Of a stretch of 64,000 nt of DNA, positions 55,120-63,600 are shown in pieces; the stretch's first letter is position 1; each line of letters opens with the position of its first letter. Source of the stretch: Octopus sinensis (Eukaryota); contig NC_043004.1 in the NCBI RefSeq assembly GCF_006345805.1, positions 88,970,001 through 89,034,000 of the forward strand, given 5' to 3'. The position numbers and the translations under genes are program-made. The notes beneath the pieces are model-generated. The model was not told where the DNA came from. It searched no databases and was given only the letters and a program-made list of their open reading frames with translations.

Positions 55120-58100
55120 ATGTATATGTGTGTGTATATGCTTGTGTGTCTGTGCTTGTCCCCCCAAAATCGCTTGACAACCGATGCTGGTGTGTTTACG
55201 TCCCCGTAACATAGCGGTTTGGCAAAAGAGACCGATAGAATAAGTACTAGGCTTACAAAGAATAAGTCCTGGGGTCGATTTGCTCGACTAAAGGCGGTGC
55301 TCCAGCATGGCCACAGTCAAGTGACTGAAACAAGTAAAAGAGTAAAGAGCATACAACTTGGATAGTTATGTAATGGGTGATTAGGACAGCAAAACATAAG
55401 AGGAATTAGGAGGGTAACAAGTTTGGTGAGGAAAACAGCAGCAAAAAAAACAAGCCAGATTATAATACTCTGGTGTATTAAACTATTTTCTTGTTGCTAA
55501 AGACCACACAGAGTTTAGAGACACTCAAATTACAATATATATTTGCATATCACTTTGACAATATTTTCAAACAGGTTCACAAGAAATATTCTATACAAGC
55601 ATATTCAAATAACCAAAACAAATTTTTTTATTTTTTGAAAAGTGTGTGTGTGTGTTTCAGTAATTTTAGATATCCACGAGAGATTGGCACAGATTATGGA
55701 GTTTAGTATTTATAGTAACTGAATGCTTTAGTTATGTACTGTTTATGTATGGAAAGGGAGACAAAACAGTTCCTTTAATGTGTAACAATTGTACAAATAT
55801 GTGTGTGTGTATGTGTGTGTTGCATTCGGTCTCTGTCCAGGGAAGCCATGCAAGTCTGGTGTGAAATGTCTAAGTTGTGCGTGGATCGATGACTATGCGA
55901 TTTGTATGGAAAGCTTTAAAAAAAGTAATGATAATAATAATAATAATAATAATAACAATAATAATAATAACAATAATAATAATAATAACAATAATAATGA
56001 TAATAAATAAATAAATAAATAAATAATGAGAAATGGTATTTTCTGTATGTCAGTGTGGATTGCTATGAATTCCAGTGAGTGAGTTAAATGGAATTAACAT
56101 ACAGAAAGAACAGTGTCAGAAACATGGGTAATTGGAGATGCTTACACACTTGTCAAATGAATGTGAGGAGATCCGTAGGAGGTGTGCTATGTGAACTTGG
56201 AAGTGAAATAGGCAGCAAATGTTTTTATTACAAGTGCTACTTATATTACCATTTTGGTTAAAGAGAGGCAGGTCACACACACACACACCCTCCCTCTCTC
56301 TCACTCACACACACACACACACGAACACAGAATTATTGGTTCACTTTGTTGTTGCCCCAGGTGTCTTGTCTTTTTTATTTGTTTATACAGCAGCCTGACT
56401 GAATGCCCAATGCAAGAAACTCAAGAGTGCCTAAGAAGTAAATCACCAACTTTGAATAAACGATAAATTCTACAGCATGTACCGAGTACAGATTTCTCTC
56501 ATTTCCAAACATATCCAACAATATACATACATACATACTCTTTACTCTCTTTTACTTGTTTCAGTCATTTGACTGCGGCCATGCTGGAGCACCGCCTTTA
56601 ATCGAGCAACTCAACCCCGGAACTTATTCTTTGTAAGCCCAGTAATTATTCTATCGGTCTCTTTTGCTGAACCGCTAGATGACGGGGACATAAACACACC
56701 AGCATCGGTTGTCAAGCAATGCTAGGGGTACAAACACAGACACACAAACATATATATATATACATATACACGACAGGCTTCTTTCAGTTTCTGTCTACCA
56801 AATCCACTCACAAGGCTTTGGTCGGCCCGAGGCTATAGTAGAAGACACTTGCCCAAGGTGCCACTCAGTGGGACTGAACCCGCAACTCTCTCACTCTATA
56901 TGAGGTGATGTCAAATGGTTCCCAAACTAGTTACGTTTAATAAAAAATAACTTATTTAACTAAGTTTCAGCATCATCTCCTTCAAAATAGTCACCTTGTG
57001 CAACAATACATCAGTCCCCACGTTCTTGTCACTTATGGAATCTAGCCCGAAAGTCAACTTCTGCGACCCGCTGTGGATCTTGACAACAATGTTAAAATGG
57101 TAACCTTGAGCTACGTTTTCATCTTGCGCAAGAGATAGAAGTCTGCAGGTGCTAAATCTGGCGAATACAGAGGGTGTGGAAGTGATACCATGTTGTTTTT
57201 GGTGGGAAACTCATGAATGAGGAGAGCTCAGTTACAGGGTGCATTGTCATTGTGAAGAATCCAATTCTTCACGCTCTACAGATTTCACCAAATGTCCTCT
57301 TACAATTTCGCTTTCACCAAATATCCTCTTACAAATGCTTCAAAATGTCACAGTAGAATTTTTGATGGCCTGGCACTGGAGAATGAATTGTGGGGCAACT
57401 AGTCCAGGAACTTTTTGATGCCACTTCATATATACACAGACACACACAAACACATATATACACATATACACACACATGTGTAAGTATGCATAAACAAAGA
57501 AGAGCACTCAACACAACATGGAGTTAAATAATACAGTTCTATATTTGAGAGATGAGGAATTATGTATATTATTTACATTTGATGGATATTTGTCTTCATC
57601 TTGTTTGCTATTAACACAATGTTTTGGCTAATATACTCTCCAGCCTTCATCAAGTGTCTTGGGGAAATTTCGAACCTGGGTTCTCATTCCTAAGGTATTT
57701 TTTGATATTATTATTATCATTATTATTCAGGTCACTGCCTGGAATTGACTTGGAATCTTGGGGTTAGTAGCCCGCGCTCTTAACCACTATGCTATAATTG
57801 CCCACAGATATATGGTGTAGTGGTTAAGAGCAAAGGCCACTAACATCAAGATTCCGAGTTCAATTCCAGGCAGTGACCTGAATAATAATATTAATAATAA
57901 TAATAACAACAACAATGAAAAATACCCTAGGAATGAGAACCCAGGTTTGAAGTGAGAACCCAAGACACCTGATGAAGCTGGAGAGTATATCAGCCGAAAC
58001 ATCGTGTTAACAACAAATAAGATGAGGACAAATTAAATGTTTGTATTATCAGTATTAATAGTTTGTGACTTAGATCTGCATCATTCAAAATTTTACAGAC

Positions 58101-60636
58101 CTAAAACATGTCTAATCCTTCAGATGCTGTAGTTTTAAGAGGCAAGGTAGACATGTGCTCTAAAGAAGACTAATTATCATTGGATTATGCAAATAGGTCA
58201 TTCTTATTAAGTCAGTACTGGATCATGTAATTTGAAATAAAAAAACTGCTACGTGTTGTAGCAGCTACTGAATATTTTTGAAAGACAACTGGTCAGGTGA
58301 GAACTTTGGTGCAGTAGATCAGAGTCATCTCTCATGCTTTCATTAGAAATTCCAACATTAAGTTCAGCAAAGTTATAAGACTTAACTAATAGCTGATAAC
58401 AGCAATAACAATCTTCACTAATGACAATAATATAAAAGTTCAGTTTTCTTGTTAAGGGACACAGTGGGTTCTTGTAGTATGTGCAGTTTCTCAGAAAGAT
58501 GAAATCGGTGATTGTGCACTCTGGGGGTTTTTGTCAAGTATACATCAAGTCTTGCAAGACAGGACAGTTCTTGATCCTGAAGTCACAAGATAAAATAGGA
58601 CAGATTGGTTGGTTTCCTTCGTCTCTGAACCTAAAGGAGTATATATGCTGAGTGCATTTTCCCTTGAAATTGTTGGTTTCAAATCCTGTGTGGTTTCTTG
58701 GGATATTATCAAGTGGTGTAAGGTTCACAAACCAATGCTTTAGAAAGGTAAAAATCTCCTCAATGGACATGTAGATAGATTTCAGCAGTTGTGGGTGGGT
58801 GGGTGTCTGAGATGAAGGGTACAAAGATATGTGCTTCTTTTTCTGTTATAACATGCAAAATCGGATGTGATGTTATCTAGACAAGAGTAATTAACCTTAA
58901 TATTATACACATTAAAAAGCTTGAGGTATTTATGTCTACTTAGGAAATGGCATTTAATAGAGTTGAAAAGTAGATTGCATGTAAACTTTTTTACCAATCA
59001 AATATCAGAATGATTTCAGAAAATGATATCTAAATATTTATCATGCTTCTTTATCAGCTGCCATTTTCATAGCAAAGTACTGTGATAGCAACATTTTACT
59101 TACATCACAAGATTGAGACATTTTCTTCTCAAATTCATCTCGTACTGTTGCATATTTGTCAACAAGATTTTGGTATTCATCATCTGACAGAAATTAAGAA
59201 CAAACAGAGACGAAATTAATAGGTATAAAGGAAACTGTAAACACAATAATTAAAAGATAAAAATTCACAAAGTGTCATAAATACTAGCTTTAAGCTTACT
59301 TATCAATAACAAAGTAATGAGAATTAACTTGTCGCATATATTAGCAATCAACATACTTATTTGTCTCAGGAACCATAGGTTTAATACTTAGTACAAGATT
59401 AACACTTCATAAGAAAAAAATTAAGATATTTTTATATTTACTTTCATAAATATAAACTAATAAATTAAGAATTTTTTTTCTTTAAATTAACCAAAAATAC
59501 ACTCACATTTAAAGAAATATTAATTAAATTCTATACGTAACTTCATCATCAATTTGCATTTACTTTTCTATGCCTGCATAAGACAGAACTTTATGCTGAT
59601 ACCGACCCAGTTGCTAACCATTTTTAGTTGCCTCATACGACAAATAGGTACATAGTTTAACAATTACAAGCCAGGATACCTATAGTGTGTCTGTGCATGC
59701 TTCTACATTCATTATAAGTATCCTGGTTTGTAACAGATAAACTATATACTTGTGTGTCATATGAGACAACTAAGATATATATATATATATATATACTAGC
59801 AGCTAAGCCAGTTTCACCCGGTCTGTTTGGATGACGTGGCTGTGATCATTTTCGGTTAGGCATAATCTATAACAGCGTTTGTCAACCTTATCATTTCGGG
59901 TCTACTGTTTCGATTGGAGCTTCCAGCTATATGAAAATTTCCTGATCCCACCCCGTCAGAAAACAGCTTCTAAGCAACTGGTTGTTTTGATGGCAGAAGA
60001 AAGGGAAATTCCATTAGAAAAAGTTTTAAGCGATTTTCTCGATAAGTATGGGGGTTAGGAAAAAAATACAAATTGCATTCCAATCTATGCACCCGTCTCC
60101 GTATGTGTGCCATTTTTCACATGAATACAAACAGTTGTTTGGCTGTGAACCTCAAGACAAGAGAGAATACAACAATCGCCCATGTCCAATTTATATTATA
60201 TATATATATGCATGCATGCATATAAACATATATCTCATCATAATATATATATTATGGAGGTGCACTGGCCCAGTGGTTAGGGCACCAGACTCGCAGTCAT
60301 AGGATCGTGGTTTCAATTCCCAGACCGGGCGTTGTGAGTGTTTATTGAGCAAAAACACTTAAAGCTCCACGAGGCTCCAGCGGGGAGGGGGGGGGGCAAA
60401 CTCTGCTGTACTCTTTCACCACAACTTTCTCTCACTCTTTCTTCCTGTTTCTGTTGTGCCTGTAATTCAAAAAGATATAGCTTGTCACACTCTGTGTTAC
60501 GCTGAATATCCCCGAGAACTACGTTAAGGGTACACGTGTCTGTGGAGTGCTCAGCCACATGCATGTTAATTTCACGAGCAGGCTGTTCCGTTGATTGGAT
60601 CAACTGGAACCCTCATCGTCATAAGTGACGGAGTGC

Positions 60637-60673
<37 letters not shown>

Positions 60674-63600
60674 ACTCGTATAGTTAATCAGGTGATACAC
60701 AAAGGGGTCATACCCAATGACTGGTGTAGCAGTATAATAGTCAACTGCTACAAAGGTAAAGGTGATGCCCTAGATACAAATAACTACAGAGGTATCAAGC
60801 TGTTGGACAGGTATGAAGGTTACGGAGAGGGTCATAGCCCAACTAATTAGAGAGAGAGTTAGTTTAGATGAGATGCAGTTTGGGTTTGTGCCAGGGAAAA
60901 GTACTACTGATGCTATATTCCTGGTAAGGCAGCTGCAGGAGAAATACCTAGCCAAAGATAAGCCCCTGTACCTGGCTTTTGTTGACATGGAGAAAGCCTT
61001 CGACAGGGTCCCCCGATCCCTTATCTGGTGGGCAATGAGGAAACTAGGGATAGATGAATGGTTAGTGAGAGCTGTGCGGGCCATGTACAGGGACGCCGCT
61101 AGTAGGGTGAGGGTTGGAAATGTGTACAGTGAAGAATTCCGGGTAGAGGTAGGAATCCACCAAGGCTCAGTACTCAGCCCCCTCCTATTTATCATAGTCC
61201 TCCAGGCAATAACGGAGGAATTCAAGACAGGATGCCCTTGGAGCTCCTCTATGCTGATGACCTTGCTCTAATTGCTGAGTCGCTATCAGAACTGGAGGAG
61301 AAGTTTCAGGTGTGGAAACAAGGATTAGAATCGAAGGGCCTCAGAGTCAATCTAGCTAAAACCAAAGTCGTAATCAGTAGGAAGGTAGACAAATCACAAA
61401 CACCTTCAGGTAGATGGCCCTGCTCGATCTGTAGAAAAGGTGTAGGTAGAAACTCTATAAGATGCACCAAGTGTAAGCTATGGACACATAAGAGATGCAG
61501 CAATGTCAAAGGAAGGCTAACTAGGAAGATGGTTTTTGTATGTGGCAGATGCTCAGGAACAATAAACACTGAAAATGCTCTGAGACCAACTTCCGTCACT
61601 TTCCAGGGAGAAAAACTAGAAATAGTTGATAGTTTCCGTTACCTAGGTGACCAAGTCAGCAGCGGGGGCGGGTGTGCTGAAAGTGTAACTGCTAGAGTAA
61701 GAATAGCTTGGGCAAAGTTCAGAGAGCTCTTACCTCTACTGGTGACAAAAGGCCTCTCGCACAGAGTGAAAGGCAGACTGTATGATGCGTGTGTACGAAC
61801 AGCCATGCTACATGGCAGTGAAACATGGGCTGTGACTGCTGAGGATATGCGTAAGCTCGCTAGAAATGAAGCCAGTATGCTCCGATGGATGTGTAATGCC
61901 GGTACTCACACTCGGCAGAGTGTAAGTACCTTGAGAGAAAAGCTGGACCTAAGAAGCATCAGTTGTGGTGTGCAAGAGAGACGTTTGCGCTGGTATGGTC
62001 ATGTGGCGAGAATGGATGAAGATAGTTGTGTGAAAAAGTGCCACACCCTAGCGGTTGAGGGAACCTGTGGAAGAGGCAGACCCAGGAAAACCTGGGACGA
62101 GGTGGTGAAGCACGACCTTCGAACTTTAGGTCTCACTGAGGAAATGACTAGAGACCGAGACCTCTGGAAGTGTGCTGTGCGCGAGAAGACCCGGCAGGAC
62201 AAGTGAGTCCATAACCCGTGGCCTTCTACATGGGATGGAGCCAGCCTACGTATGCATACCTTCCCTTCTTGGGACACAAAACTCTACTTGTGAAGACGTG
62301 ATGAGGCAAGTGAGGATCAGAATCGAAATCGATCAATGGAAATTGCGGATGTGCTACCAGTGCCGGTGGCATGTCAAAACTCTGCTTGTGAAGACCCGTT
62401 GAGGCAAGTGACGATCAGAATCGAAATCGATCAATGGAAATCGATCAATGGAAATTGCAGATGTATTACCAGTGCCGGTGGCATGTAAGAGAACTTTCCG
62501 TTTCGCGACCGTTGCCAGCACCGCCCCGTTTCGTGTCCATTGCCAGCCTCGCCTGGCCCTCGTGCCGGTGGCACATAAAAAGCACCATCCGTTCGTGGCC
62601 GTTTGCCAGCTCTGTCTGGCACCAGTGCGGGTGGCACGTAAAAAGCACCCACTACACTCACGGAGTGGTTGGCGTTAGGAAGGGCATCCAGCCGTAGAAA
62701 CACTGCCAGATTTGACTGGGCCTGATGAAGCCTTCTGGCTTCACAGACCCCAGTAGAACCGTCCAACCCATGCTAGCATGGAAAACGGACGCTAAACGAT
62801 GATGATGATGATGATGATGATATATATAATCATTCTTAAAACAGTTTTATATTCATATTCTCTAATGCCATCATATCATTAGTGAAATTACAACAAGTAT
62901 ATTTTAATAGTTTCCCATACATGCTAAGAATAAAATATACATTTTGAATTAGAGAAAAAAATTAACAAACAAGAAATGTAGAAAATTCGTTCAAAACAAA
63001 TCTAAATTTAGGAAAAAAAAAGAATATATTATATTACTATGATAAAAACTGTTTCTAACTACATAATACAGGCTTAAAAAGATATAATAAGACTGAGCAG
63101 CAGCAGATTACTGATAATATAATTAATAAATTGTAAACTTAAAGTTTTCACAAGAGAGTATTAAGTTTCAGTTTCGGTTCATTTCACCATCTTTCACTTC
63201 TTCCTCTTCATACAAGTACAGCAGCTAAAGCAATATTATTCATTTGCTTTATATATATATATTACATGTATGTGTGTCTGTATTTATGTATGTACATACA
63301 TACGTATGTATGTATGTGTATGTGCATGTATATATGTATACTGAGACAGGCTTCAACTAGAATTGGTTCAGGCCATGACTAACTTAACAGCTTAGCCACA
63401 GCCTTTAGGCTGAAATATATAAAAGAATGTGTGTGTGTGTGTGTGTGTGTGTGTGGATATGTTATGTATGTAACTGTGTATCTGTTTTAAGACAGATATA
63501 TTAAAATATTTCATGGGCAAACTAACATGTAATTTATTAACCTACATAATATCTAAGCCCCTGAATAGGTTTTGGGCTTAATCTGTGGTCATAAAACATC

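Noticed and set aside
57810-57880. tRNA gene-like sequence (and the other SINE heads)
   Set aside because: A and B boxes are present but there is no complete acceptor stem, and it is embedded in a repeat. Treated as a tRNA-derived head, not a tRNA gene.
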